A DNA stretch of 64,000 bases. It comes from Octopus sinensis. Its lineage: Eukaryota. The translations under genes were made by a program, and so were the position numbers. The notes under the pieces are model-generated. The model was not told the DNA's origin, searched no databases, and saw only the letters and a program-made list of their open reading frames with translations. Shown here one piece after another: positions 13,011-25,940 of the stretch. The first letter of the stretch is position 1. Each line of letters starts with the position of its first letter. Location: contig NC_043014.1 in assembly GCF_006345805.1 (NCBI RefSeq), forward strand, positions 11,036,001-11,100,000, given 5' to 3'.

Positions 13011-13503
13011 TACTTTCTCTCCTCATCCTTTTACTCAACGACTTACTATCTCAACCAAAGAGTCGCTAGAAATAGCAACCAAATCACATAGAATATTATT
13101 GAATATTATACTTATATTACGCTGGATGCACATTGCACTCTGTCTGCAAAACAGAAAAGACGAGGTTATATTGCATGCAACTGGAGATCAACGGTCAATA
13201 ATCGTTTCTCTCCATTTCGAACAACAGAAGTGCTGAGTTTCGATTACTCGGCGGAGAACAAGTATCCCAAGGGACTTAATTCGGAGAACACCGGTTTCCT
13301 CACCCATGTTTACATTCTTCGCCATTCACCATTTTGTATCTTTTACTCGCTTCAGTCATTGGACTGCGGCCATGCTGGAGTCCTACTGGGAAGGGTTTTA
13401 TGGGGCTAATGCAGAAAAATGCAATTTTTTTTTTTTAAAAACTATTTTTTCGTTTTAGATGGCGGAGATTATGAATATGCAAAAAAAAAATATTTTTAAT
13501 TTC

Positions 13504-13778
13504 GGCACTATTTAAGAAGAGTGTTCCCGGTGCGCGCACTCGCGTACTCGCGCATCCTCGCGAGCTAGTCGTGACTAGTCGATCCTTTCTTTGTGTTTTT
13601 TGTTTTTTCTTTATTTAAAAAATATATTTACTTTCTGTTTTTGTGTTTTATTTACTTTGTTTTCAAAAAAATCATTTATTTTGTGTTTCATTTACTTTGC
13701 TAGGTAGTCATAGGATCGACTAGTCACGACTAGTTTGCGCGAGTGCGCGCACTGGGACCACTCTTCTTAAGTAGTACC
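13504..13778. mobile_element. Palindromic MITE (GGTACTATTTAAGAAGAGTGGTCCC TIR)
   Basis: CpG-rich arms; further copies at 14352-14627 and (partial) 1782-2030. Confidence 0.7.
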
Positions 13779-13908
13779 CTTCCTTGAAAGGTTTTGATCG
13801 GGCAAATTACACCCCAATACGTACGTTTTATGGGGCTAATGCAGAATCGCACCTCTCCCTGAAAAATACATTTTTTTGAAAAACTATTTAAATATGCAAA
13901 AAAATAAA

Positions 13909-14335
13909 GGCAATCTTTCGTCTCTAGTAGACCTTTCCGTCAATTTCCGTAAAATTTTTTTTTTTTTTTACATATGGGCTTGCGGGAACTTTTGAAGTAA
14001 TGAGAGCGAAAGAGACTAAGAGAAAGCGATTGTATGACGAGGGAAGTTCTTTTGAAGTTACCGTGCATGGGAGCATTGATGGACATGTGTGTGTGTGTGT
14101 GTTTGATGGGGTGTGGGAGACAGACAGTATGTTGTGTAAGTGAAGTGCTTCTGTTAGTGTGTGTGTGAAGAGACAGAGTAATGTGTGAAAGAAAGAGATA
14201 ACTGAAATTTTTTACTCGGTGTATGTGTATATGTATGTATATTACTTCAAAAGTTCCCGCAAGCCCATATGTAAAAAAAAAAAAAAAATTTTTACGGAAT
14301 TCGACGGAAAGGTCTACTAGAGACGAAAGATCGCC
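13909..14335. mobile_element. MITE with GGCGATCTTTCGTCTCTAGTAGACC TIRs (~90 bp)
   Basis: Reverse-orientation copy at 4925-5350. Confidence 0.75.
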
Positions 14336-15129
14336 AAATATTTTTAATTTTGGTACTATTTAAGAAGAGTGTTACCGGTGCGCGCACTCGCGTACTCGCG
14401 CATCCGCGCTAGCTAGTCGTGACTAGTCGATCCTTACTTTATGTTTTTTGTTTTATTTACTTTTTTTTTTAATATTTTACTTTCTGCTTTTGTGTTTTAT
14501 TTACTTTGTTTTGAAAAAAATTATTTATTTTGTGTTTCATTTACTTTGCTAGGTAGTCATAGGATCGACTAGTCACGACTAGTTTGCGCGAGTGCGCGCA
14601 CTGGAACCATTCTTCTTAAGTAGTACCCTTTCCTTGAAAGGTTTTGATCGAGCAAATTACACCCCCAATACGTACGTTTTATGGGGCTAATGTAGAATCG
14701 CACCTCTCCCTGAAAAATACATTTTTTTGAAAAACTATTTAATTATGCAAAAAAAAAAAAAATATCCCCCTCCCCCGCTTCTTTCCCCCTCCCAATTTAA
14801 AAATTTGATTTTGTTTACTTTAAAGAGATTGTAGTGAATTGACGAATATATGCAAATCGAAATTAAATACAGACAAAAACATTAAACTGAAAAGAATTTG
14901 AGTTTTACTTGTGTTTGGCTTAAATAATCGTAAATAATTGATTATAAAATTAAATATACACCATTTTATGAGAAACAGCCTTCAAAGTTTAATAATCAAT
15001 GTTGTTGAGTTTAATAAAGGGCTCAAAATTCACACACACACACTCACCCCCAATTTTAAATTTGGAACTTTTTCATCCATTTATTTATTTCTCTGCCTAT
15101 TTATCCCTATCCGTTTATTCATAAAATAT

Positions 15130-15520
15130 ATTTCATTTCTTTATTGCCCAAAAGGAGCTAAACATAGAAGGGACAAATGGATTAAGTCGGTTACATTGAC
15201 CTCAGTGCACAACTGGTACTTATTTAATCGACCCCGAAAGGATGAAAGGCAAAGTCGATCGCGACGGAATTTGAACTCAGAACGTAACGGCAGACGAAAT
15301 ACCTATTTCTTTATTACCCACAAGGGGACAAACAAGGACAGACATAGGTATTAAGTCGATTACATCGACCCCAGTGCGTAACTGGTACTTTATTTATCGA
15401 CCCCGAAGGGATGAAAGGCAAAGTCGACCTCGGCGGAATATGAACTCAGAACGTAACGGCAGACGAAATACCGCTAAGCATCTCGCCCGGCGTGCTAACG
15501 TTTGTGCCAGCTCGCCGCCT
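15130..15520 (-). mobile_element. Meta-like SINE dimer
   Basis: Two units, the second with intact head GGCGGCGAGCTGGCA. Confidence 0.75.
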
Positions 15521-15616
15521 TTTCATAAAATATATTTGTCAATTAAATGTGGTGGTCCTATAGAAGACGAGGTTACTGTTGTTTTTAACCCCAGGAAAAC
15601 ATTCATATGCTTATTT

Positions 15617-15937
15617 AAAAGTAAACATGTATCCATTTTATTGCCTTCACAATGTTTACCATTTCACCAAATCAAACTAGAAAACTGGGACAAAACAGAA
15701 CACAATTGAAAAAATTAAAAAGAAGAGAAAAAGAAAAAAAAAAGCCAAAACAATTCACCACCTTGGGTTGAAAAGTTTTGGGGCGCTGGAAAACCTCTGT
15801 AATGGCCAAGGTAGTTTTGGGGGGGGCGTTTTTCTTTTTAATTTCTTCAATTATGTTCTCTGTTTTGTCCAGTTTTCTAGTTTGATTTTGTAAAACGGTA
15901 AACACTATGAAGGCAATAAAATGTACATGTTTACTTA
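15617..15937. repeat. Imperfect ~110-bp inverted repeat (MITE-like)
   Basis: 15617-15725 vs 15830-15937. Confidence 0.55.
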
Positions 15938-16183
15938 ATAAAAAAAAAACAGTATTTGGACAAAAGTCTATGTGCTTATTGAATTAAAAATTTTAAAAAC
16001 GTGGTTTCTTGCATATTCGGAATCTCAGTCATCTAAGAAAAAGGGAAAAAATACTTCGAAAAAAGTTCAAAATTTTAAATTGAGCGGGGAGAGGTGAAAT
16101 AAAAAATTTCATTATCTCCGACATCTAAAACGTAGTAAACCGAAAACTTTTTCAACAAAATGCATTTTGTCAGTAGAGGCGCA

Positions 16184-17286
16184 GGATCTTTTCCTTTTGA
16201 ACTGCAGACAATTTCTAGTTAACTAAACACTTTAAAACTTCGTATACTGGTAGAATGTGTCAGGCATTTGCCATATCCTGAACGCCTTACTTCCTTCGGC
16301 ATGGACACATTGAAACTCCGACGTCTGCAGACACCCATAAAATTATCAACCATCGCACAAACAATAACACTGAGCACCTCTTCAAACTCCACCCATCTAA
16401 CACCCGTGGACATATTTACAAAGTAAGAAAACAGCACAGTTCCCATGACTTCAGGAAACATTTTTTCACGCTGAGAGTTGCTGAAGCGTGGAACAAACTG
16501 CCGGCATCGGTTATTAGTTGTTGGAGCACTGATCCTTCAAGACTTCCATGCTTCCTGAGATTCGCCAACACTACACTTGATTTTCTCCCCTCCATACACA
16601 CACAAGCATGTTCACTTTCCAGACATTTCTACATTACTGCATGTACTTTATATGCACTTTCTGACAAGTTGTGGTGCACCTGAGCACTGTATACAATAAT
16701 TTCATTATTATTATTATTATTATTATTAAAATAAAATATTTTTTTCTCTTGGCTTTCTTGAGAAAATTGTAATTTGTTTGTTTAACATAGTTTAATTTTT
16801 CGAATTTTAACCAATCCTATGCTCTCTTTTGAGCTAAAATCATTTGCTGCGTCTAAAACTAAGACAACATCCTGTAACTAACCCTAAACCTCCCCCCCTA
16901 ACCCTAACCCTAAATTTTTTTTTCTTAATTATTAAATTAATTTAATTGTTACGCATGTAAAAAAAACTAAAGCAATGGAATTAAATTAATTTAACAATTA
17001 AGAATAAAAATTAGGGTTAGGGTTAGAGGGGAGGTTTAGGGTTAGTTACAGGATGTCTCAGTTTTAGACGCAGCAAATGATTTTAGTTGAATGGAGGTAA
17101 TCGATTGGTTAAAATTGCCGAAATGCTCGGATTTTCAGATGAAATATCTTACAAACTATAGAATTTTCTCAATAAAACCAAGAGAAAATGATGTTTTATA
17201 AACAGATTCTACCTGTATACGAAGTTTAAAAGTGTTTAGTTAACTAGAAATTGTGTTGACATCTGCCGTTCAAAAGGAAAAGATCC
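16184..17286. mobile_element. Related fully palindromic MITE containing a CR1 insert
   Basis: TIR GGATCTTTTCCTTTTGAAC; TSD GAGGCGCA / GAGGCGCC; internal inverted CCCTAA repeats. A half copy lies at 28890-29245. Confidence 0.8.
16262..16727 (+). mobile_element. CR1-type LINE 3' end with (TTA)n tail, nested in a MITE
   Basis: Encodes LFKLHPSNTRGHIYKVRKQHSSHDFRKHFFTLRVAEAWNKLPASV, the CR1/L2 ORF2 C-terminal motif. The flanks rejoin as the MITE sequence seen intact at 29160-29240. Confidence 0.8.
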
Positions 17287-18291
17287 GAGGCGCCATTCTG
17301 CATTAGCCCCAGTTTTATTTTTGTCAATAATTTTTTATTTTTTATTCTGTCGGTACTTTTTGCCGAACTGCTAAGTTATAGGGACATAAACAAACGAATT
17401 TTAGTTAACATACCTACAGAAGTGTACCCCCGAAACACACACGCACACTTTAAAATTTCAAGTTTATTTTGTAGATATAAATTTGTGGACGCCACCAATA
17501 TTTTTCTTTTTGTTTCATATTAAATTCTGATATAGTCATAATCTACACCGTGTGAAAAATATTCGTAGAAAATTTCTTTAAAAAAATACCCTTTTTTTTT
17601 TCTGTAATAATAACCATTCTTGTATACTTCTTGCACTGAAGGTGCCACGCAGTTTGATGGAACCTGGAACCATACGGTTGGAAAGCAAGCTTCTTACCAC
17701 ACAGCCATGACTCTCTTTCAAATGCTTCTTTTTTTACTTGTTTCAGTCATCAAACTGCGGCCATGCTGGAGCACTGCTTTGAAGAATTTTAGTCGGAAGA
17801 AGTGACCCAGTACTTATTTTTTGAAAGCCTTGTACTTATTCTTTCGGACCCTTTTGCCAAACCACTTAGTTAGGGGTCTTGAACACTCCAACACTGGTTA
17901 TCGAGCACTGGTGGGGAACAAACGCAGATACAAACACTTGCACTGATAGCGTGGCTGTGTGGTAAGAAGCTTACTTCCCGACAACATGGTCCTGGGTTCA
18001 GTCCTACTGCATGGTACCTTGGGCAAATGTCTTCTAATATAGCCTCGGGCCATCCAAAGTGAATGTTTGGTACTTTAGATTGGAAAATTATGTTTCAGCT
18101 GAACACTCTGACATTAATGCAAACTTCTATCATCCTCAAGGCCCCACTGGTCAGTTTTTCTGGCCAAGAAATGATAATATCTGTCAGATGAAATGGTATT
18201 ACCAGTTCGAATATGCCAGTGGCACATTTGAACTCGTAAACAAGCCATTCACTCTCTTCTGTTGTCATGGAGAAAATTTCTCGCTGTAGAT

Positions 18292-18590
18292 CAGTGGTTC
18301 ACAAATTTTTTCGGGCTGCCGCCCCCTTGACACCCAGCCCACATTCCTAGTGACCCCATCCTAACTAACTATCACAAACATAGACCTCTTTCTGAAGCAA
18401 ATTCAAAGCAACTGTATTTCACAAATAAAACTTAACTTAATGAACCCATTATTTTGTTGTTTTTACATGAATTGCTACCCTATTATCACCCCACTTTTTA
18501 AATTAATCGCTACCCCACTTTTCTTCAATGCCCCCCTGGAACTTTCCACCATCACCAGGGGAGCAATAACACTCATTTTGGGAACCATTC
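18292..18590. mobile_element. Decayed hAT-type MITE
   Basis: CAGTGGTTCACAAA ... TTTGGGAACCATT termini. Confidence 0.4.
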
Positions 18591-18811
18591 CTGTAGATGA
18601 ATGATGTAAATACACCTGAAATAGCTTGCTGTGCCACCTATCTAGAACAGTGCTCAGCAACCGTTTTTCACTTGCTTACAGTTATAGTCTTTGCAAAATT
18701 CGGTGGCACACCTGAGCTAAAAATATGGGGAAAAAAAGTTAAATTCAGATTACAGTACAGCACACCTAGCATTGTCTTGTGGCACTCCAGTGTGGGTTCT
18801 CTATAAAAATG

Positions 18812-19355
18812 TGCCGAAGACATTGGGTAAGAACGAGAGAAACACCGGCACCCCAGGCTAAAGAAAGGTCTTCACCCACATAAGGTGTTGTTATCTGTTT
18901 GGTGGGATATGAATGGTTTAGTCCACTTTGAACTTATAAACTTAAACCAAATGATAACAAAGAGTTCTGCTGCGAGCAACTTGAGTGGCTTAAGTCAGTG
19001 CTAAAAGAAAAACAAACATCTTTGGTTTCAAGATGAAAGATGTTCTTCCATCAGGATAATGCTTGGCCACATACAGTGAAGATGACATTCCAAAGGCTGG
19101 ACCATCTGACTACCATTTATTCTGCAGTCTTCAAAATCATTTACTCTTTTACTTGTTTCAGTCATTTGACTGTGGCCATGCAGGAGCACCGCCTTTAGTT
19201 GAGCACATCGACCCCGGGACTTATTCTTTGTAAGCCTAGTACTTATTCTATTGGTCTCCTTTGTCGAACCACTAAGTTATGGGGATGTAAACACACCAGC
19301 ATCGGTTGTCAAACGATGTTGGAGGGGGGAAACAAACACAGACACACAAACATAT

Positions 19356-19402
<47 letters not shown>

Positions 19403-19769
19403 CGACGGGTTTCTTTCAGTTTCCGTCTACCAAATCCACTCACAAGGCTTTGGTTGGCCTGAAGCTATAGTAGAAGACACTTGCCCAAGGAACCATGTAG
19501 TTCGTAAGCAATCTGCTTACAACACAGCCACTCCTATGCCTATTTGGACAGAAAAAATATGAATTCTGTAGACGAGGTCAGAGTAGTAATGGAGGAGTAT
19601 TTTTTATGACGGACAAGAGAATTTTGGACGAGGGGCCTTGCAAGTCTACCAGATAGATGGAAGAGCATTGTAAATAATGAAAGAAAGTATATTTTAGATT
19701 AAGAAAGAACTTTATCTTAATTTTGAAAAATAAAAGAAGTATTAAAAAAATGCATTATTTATGACCCAA
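18812..19769 (+). mobile_element. Mariner 3' half, same family as 62603-63722, interrupted by a SINE
   Basis: Direct nucleotide similarity to the intronic mariner (ggtgttgttatctgtttggtgggatatg, catcaggataatgct, gcaagtctaccagatagatggaagagc). Ends TTATTTATGACCCAA|TA. Confidence 0.85.
19142..19543 (-). mobile_element. CORE-like SINE inserted in mariner
   Basis: Complete tail-to-head match splitting the mariner coding region. Confidence 0.8.
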
Positions 19770-19799
19770 TATATTATATAAATATGTATATATATATGT

Positions 19800-20990
19800 A
19801 ATCAAATCAAATCAAACCAAATCAAAATAGATGAACATCAATGGAATTTGTATCTTTGTGGTACCAGTACCGTTGGCACACAAGAAAACCATCCGAACGT
19901 GGCCGTAGCCAGTACCGCATCGACTGGCCTCTGTGACGTGGGCACATAACAAACACCATCCGAACGTGGCCGTTCGCCAGCCTCATCTGGCACCTGTGTC
20001 GGTGGCACATAAAAACACCAACCGAAGACCCGGCAAGACTAGTCAGGCCATAACCCGTGGCCCCTACTTGGGACGTAGTCAGTCCACCTGTGCATACCTT
20101 CCTTCCTTCCTGTGACACTTGTGAAGACCTGTTGAGGCAAGTGAAAATCAAATCAAATCAAATCAAAATAGATGAACATCAATGGAATTTGTATCTTTGT
20201 GGTACCAGTGCCGGTGGCACACAAGAAAACCATCCGAACGTGGCCGTAGCCAGTACCGCATCAACTGGCCTCCGTGCTGTGGGCATGTAACAAACACCAT
20301 CCGATCGTGGCCGTTCGCCAGCCTCATCTGGCACCTGTGTCGGTGGCACATAAAAACACCATCCGAAGACCCGGCAAGACTAGTCAGGCCATAACCCGTG
20401 GCCCCTACCTGCGACGTAGTCAGTCCACCTGTGCATACCTTCCTTCTTGTGACACTTGTGAAGACCTGTTGAGGCAAGTGAAAATCAAATCAAAACAAAT
20501 CAAAATAGATGAACATCAATGGAATTTGTATCTTTGTGGTACCAGTGCCGGTGGCACACAAGAAAATCATCCGAACGTGGCCGTAGCCAGTACCGCATAG
20601 ACTGGCCTCCGTGCTTTGGGGACGTAACAAACACCATCCGATCGTGGCCGTCCGCCAGCCTCATCTGGCACCTGTGTCGGTGGCACATAAAAACACCATC
20701 CGAGCGTGGCCCTCTGCCAGCCTCGTCTGGCACCTGTGTCGGTGGCACATAAAAACACCATCCGAGCGTGGCCGTTCGCCAGCCTCGTCTGGCACCTGTG
20801 TCGGTGGCACATAAAATCACCCACTACACTCTCGGAGTGGTTGGCGTTAGGAAGGGCATCCAGCTGTAGAAACACTGCCAGATCTGACTGGCCTGGTGCA
20901 GCCTTCGGGCTCCCCAGACCCCAGTTGAACCGTCCAACCCATGCTAGCATGGAAAACGGACGCTAAATGATGATGATGATGATGATGATA
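19800..20990 (+). repeat. Tandem ~340-350-bp repeat (about 2.6 units) running into the RTE-tailed SINE
   Basis: Units begin (AAATC)n-AAAATAGATGAACATCAATGG at about 19800, 20147 and 20484; internal subrepeat CCATCCGAACGTGGCC..GTCGGTGGCAC. Confidence 0.85.
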
Positions 20991-22686
20991 TATATATATA
21001 TCACGTGATCATCTGAATGACCAAGCCATCAGATGTTGCTAGACATCACTGGTCACAATGCGCTTCGCATTGTTTTAGCCTTCAAATAACGCCACCCCGC
21101 TGGCTAAGTGAGCAGGCCAACAGAAGAAAGAGTGAGAGAAAGTTGTAGTGAAAGAGTGCAGCAGGGATCACCACCATCTGCTTCCGGAGCCTTGTGGAGC
21201 TTAGGTGTTTTCGCTCAATAAACACTCACAACGCCCGGTCTGGGAATTGAAACCGCAATCCTACAACCATCAGTCTGTTGCCCTAACCACTGGGCCATTG
21301 TGCTTCCACACACACACACACACACATATCGTTCAACCCATGCTAGCATGGAAAGCAGACATTAAACGATGATGATAATAATGATGACATACAAGACAGG
21401 CTTCAACCCAAGGTTATCGTAGAAGACACTTCCCCAAAGTGTTACACAGTAGGACTGAACCCAGAACCATTTGTTTGGAAAGCAAATGTCTAACTCCACA
21501 GCCATGGCTGCACCTATACATGTGTGAGTGTGTATGCGTGTAACCAAATCTAAATGAGAGAATAAATGATAAACTATTCCAAACATCAAAAAAAATATGC
21601 CCAGAAAAATGAGTCAATCCTTCTAAACTACAAATGTCACCATAAAACACTACATTGCATCATTTTAACCGTTTCTATGTTGAGCTGAAATATCAAATTA
21701 CAGACAACAATTAGTAAATTCTCATAATAAACATTCTAACTAAAATCAACCAAATAAGTCAAGGCTGCAAAGAGGCATCTTTCATGTATATTTAACTGAA
21801 CTCTTTACATCCTTCTCCGACAGGCACAGGCATGGCATTGTGACTATCGAGGTCACTTTGTAACTGTGTGATATCAGGTTCAGTCCCACTGCTCAGCACC
21901 TTGGGCAAGTGTCTTCTTTTATATATTGCCCTGGACCGAATTATGCTTTATGAATGAATCTGGTTGATAGAAACTGAGTGGAAGCCCTATTGTTTCCATG
22001 CAATGCAGTTTCCTCAGGAAACACAACCAGATCTCATAATGCAGGGAAACAGTTGCATAATCACATACCTGGACGTCTGGAGAACTACATTGCAGGTAAA
22101 CAATTGTAGTGATTAAAAAATAAATGTCCAAACGTACCTCTTCTTGCTGACTCCAATTTTTTCATATATATGTTCACACACGACAGATGCCCAAACGCAA
22201 ACCTGGAAGTACCTATAATACTACTACTGGATAGCCCAAGGTAAATCTGAAGGTGGACAAGCTTTATACTGTACTTAACTACATTCTCAATTGAATATAC
22301 CATAAATATCGTTGCGTCGTTTAACGTCTGCTTTCCATGCTAGCATGGGTTGGACGGTTTGACTGTGGACTGGTGAACCAGATGGCTGTACCAGGCTCCA
22401 GTCTTGATCTGGCAGAGTTTCTACAGCTGGATTCCCTTCCTAACGCCAACCACTCCGAAAGTGTAGTTTATAAAGAAATTTTATAAAGAACTTTATAAAG
22501 AAATGTTTACTAAGCTTTTAATTTTCCAGTGTTGTAAAATAATCCTACACTTTGGTGAATATTTCCTTTGGGATTTCCTCAGAGAGAGAGTCTTTATCAA
22601 TGATGTAGGGATAATGATTGATTTATTGCTGATAATAAACTCTTATTAACCTCAAATTCTCCATTTTCTTCTTCTTTTATATACAT

Positions 22687-22743
<57 letters not shown>

Positions 22744-22933
22744 CATACAGGGGTTGGACAAAATAATGGAACCATCTAGCATCATAGCATCATAATTTTG
22801 AAATATCTATAAAACCGTCAAAAGCTTGTTTATTATTTTTTAAAATTTATTATTAGTGTTGCTTTATATGTTTTGCTAATATTGCTGTTTCTTTTCAGAT
22901 ATCATCAGAAAAAGGTAATTAAAATTCATTAAA

Positions 22934-23778
22934 ATGACAGAGCTATCAGACTTTCAAAGAGGTCAAATTGTTGGTACTTGTATGGTAGGTGGTAGCATAA
23001 TGAAAACAGCCGAAATGTTGGGTGTATCAAGATGTACCATCTCGCAAGTAATGACAGCCTTTGAGAAAGAGGGAAAAAACCTCCTCATCAAAACAAAACT
23101 CCAGAAGAAAACCAAAACTTTCAGGTAGGGACCATTGGACTCTTACATGAATTGTTAGAAAGGATCACAAAATTTCTGCAGTGTTTAATGACCACCACGA
23201 GAACCCAGTTTCCACAAAAACTGTTCACCAGGAGCTACGCAAAGCTGGATTTCATGGGATGGCTGCAATCAGAAAACCACTACTTTCAAAAACAAACATT
23301 TAGAGTGGAGTAAAAACCTATAGAATTGGTCCCTAGAGCAGTGGAAGAATGTTATTTTCTTGGATGAGTCATCCTTTACCTTATTTCTGACCACCAGCCG
23401 AGTATATGTATGGAGACAGCCAAAAGAAGCATTTGACACAAACTGCCTTCTTCCAACTGTTAAACATAGAGGAGGATCTGTGAAGATCTGGAGGGCTATA
23501 TATTGGAAATCCATCGGCCCAATGGTTTCCCTTCATGGCAGAATTAATAGTCAAGATTATTTAAGCATTTTATCTGATCAAATTCATCCTATGGTTGTGG
23601 AACTGTTTCCAGAGGCAAACACAATCTTTCAAGATGATAATGCACCAATTCACACAGCTAAAGGTGTTACTGAAAAGCACGAGAAACATTTTATTGAAGT
23701 TGAACATCTTATCTGGCCACCACAGTCCCAAGATCTCAATATTATTGAACATTTATGGTGCATTTTAGAAAAACAGGT
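22934..23778 (+). pseudogene. Tc1 transposase pseudogene (frameshifted, C-terminus replaced)
   Basis: HTH fragment 22934-23128 and DDE fragment 23360-23778 lie in different frames; homology stops after HLWCILEKQV where a minisatellite begins. Confidence 0.85.
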
Positions 23779-23779
23779 G

Positions 23780-24110
23780 GCTATGAAGATACTGTATACA
23801 AAGATAAGGTGATTCCATTTATCTTTGCAGACAGAAATATATTGTATATGAAGACAAGTTAATTACATTTCTTGAAATGAAGACAGGTATTTACACCTGT
23901 GTATATGAAGAGCAGGTGCTTATATCTGTCTATATAATGATTAAGTATTTATACCTGTCTATGTGATGACAAGGTGTTTATATCTATCTATATGAAGACA
24001 AGATTTGTATTTATCTATATAACAAGGTGTTTACATCTGTCTATATAAAATCTAAGGACAAAGTGTTTATATCTGTCTACATGAAGAAAAGATATTTACT
24101 TCTGCCCATA
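23780..24110. repeat. Degenerate ~27-bp minisatellite (TATGAAGACAAGGTGTTTATATCTGTC-like)
   Basis: About 11 decayed units; resumes at 25417-25440 after the hAT insert. Confidence 0.65.
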
Positions 24111-24189
24111 TCAGGGGTCACCAAACTTTTTTCACGGCGGGCCAGGTAATTGAGAGAATGATGAGCACAGGCCACATAACCATTTTTAA

Positions 24190-24214
24190 AATAATAATAA
24201 TAATAATAATAATG

Positions 24215-24250
<36 letters not shown>

Positions 24251-24700
24251 TTAATAATAATAATAATAATATTAATAATAATAATAATAATAATGAAATT
24301 ATTGTATACAGTGCTCAGGTGCACCACAACTTGTCAAAAGTGTGTGTAAAGCATATGCAGTAATGTACAAATGTCTGGAAAGTGAACAGTGTATGAGTCA
24401 GATACATGCTTGCACGTGTATGGAGGGGAGAAAATCAGGTGTAGTGTTGGCGAATCTCAGGAAGCATGGAAGTTTTGAAGGATGCAATGCTCCAACAACT
24501 AACAACTGATGCCGGCAGTTTGTTCCATACTTCAGCAACTCTCAGTGTGAAAAAATGTTTCCGAAAGTCATGGGAGCTGTGCTGTTTTCTGACTTTGTAA
24601 ACATGTCCACGGGTGTTAAACAGGTGGAGTTTGAAAAGGTGCACAGAGTTATTGTTTGTAACATGATTAATAATTTTATGGGTGTCTACCAAGTCAGCTA
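24190..24700 (-). mobile_element. CR1-type LINE 3' end with (TAA)n tail, nested in hAT
   Basis: ORF 24435-24692: NTRGHVYKVRKQHSSHDFRKHFFTLRVAEVWNKLPASVV. Confidence 0.8.
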
Positions 24701-25062
24701 CCAGACGTCAGAGTTTCAATACAATACAGTGAATATACAAAAAATAAAGACAACCAACATATTTATTTACCAAAAAGTTATCAAAGAAGGTGACGTTAGC
24801 AGTAAGATAAGTTATATCACACCCAGTGCACACATATCCGAATCTCACAAACTAAGCAGCAAAAAAGGTTAGTGAGATTTGTGAAACTGGGGTTTAGCTT
24901 TTAAGATATCATCAATATTTGCTTTGGAATTGCTGCATCCAACCAAGAGAATTGCTTTCAAATGTTCATCAGTCCATCTTGTTCGATGTGCTGAGTTCAC
25001 ATCTTTCATTACTGAAAATGTTTGCTCACAGACATAAGTTGTTCCAAACATGGATGCCATAC

Positions 25063-25290
25063 CTATTTCTTTACTACCCACAAGGGGCTAAACACAGACA
25101 AGACAAAGAAGGACAGACAAACGGATTAAGTCGATTGTATTGACCCCAGTGCGTAACTGGTACTTATTTAATCGACCCCGAAAGGATGAAAGGCAAAGTC
25201 AACCTCGGCGGAATTTGAACTCAGAACGTAGCGGCAGACGAAATACTGCTGATCATTTCGCCCGGTGCGCTAACGATTCTGCCAGCTTGC
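25063..25290 (-). mobile_element. Meta-like SINE inside hAT relic
   Basis: Head-to-tail match. Confidence 0.75.
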
Positions 25291-25536
25291 CAGAGACAAA
25301 TGAACTCACATTGCTGGTACTTACACAAAAGGTACAGTGCGGCGGTGGGTCGGATGAACTGACCTCATGGGCCAGATCCAGCCTGCAGGCCATAGTTTGG
25401 TGACCCCTGGTTTCTTTGAATACAAGGTGTTTATGTTTATCCATTACATAGTGTTGCACCAGTCATACTAATCTCTATAGTTACCTCAGTACTGACAGTA
25501 AATGTTGTTTTCATATACAAATTACTTTACTAAAAG

Positions 25537-25940
25537 CGCAGGAGTGGCTGTGTGGTAAGTAGCTTGCTTACCAACCACATGGTTCCAGGTTCAGTCCCAC
25601 TGCGTGGCACCTTGGGCAAGTGTCTTCTACTATAGCCTCGGGCCGACCAAAGCCTTGTGAGTGGATTTGGTAGACGGAAATTGAAAAAAGCCCATCGTAT
25701 ATATGTATGTGTGTATATATATGTGTTTGTGTGTCTGTAGTTATCCCCCCAACATCACTTGACAACCAATGCTGGTGGGTTTACATCCCCGTAACTTAGC
25801 GGTTCGGCAAAAGAAACCGATAGAATAAGTACTAGGCTTACAAAGAATAAGTCCTGGGGTCGATTTGCTCGACTAAAGGCGGTGCTCCAGCATGGCCGCA
25901 GTCAAATGACTGAAACAAGTAAAAAAAAAAAAGGATAAAG
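25537..25940 (+). mobile_element. CORE-like SINE inside Tc1 element
   Basis: Full head to gagta/aaaa tail. Confidence 0.8.

Larger units (their letters stand above)
13402..17310. mobile_element. Outer TIR element (TGGGGCTAATGCAGAA) with triplicated left end and nested MITEs
   Basis: Left TIR repeated at 13402, 13831 and 14682; reverse complement at 17293-17310, continuing at 16100-16183 across the nested MITE. Confidence 0.6.
24112..25409 (-). mobile_element. Internally deleted hAT (Charlie/SPIN-like) transposon nested in the Tc1 element
   Basis: TIRs CAGGGGTCACCAAACT / AGTTTGGTGACCCCTG. Minus-strand 24869-25060 encodes SMFGTTYVCEQTFSVMK..HRTRWTDEHLKAIL..QFHKSH, the hAT C-terminal dimerisation motif. 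No intact 8-bp TSD seen. Confidence 0.8.

Noticed and set aside
12090-13236. Leu/Ser-rich ORFs with signal-peptide-like starts
   Set aside because: Translation of (CT)n tracts; no donor sites or domain.
20120-20160. CTGTTGA..GAAA hammerhead-like motif in the 340-bp tandem unit
   Set aside because: Stem II and stem III cannot be formed convincingly.
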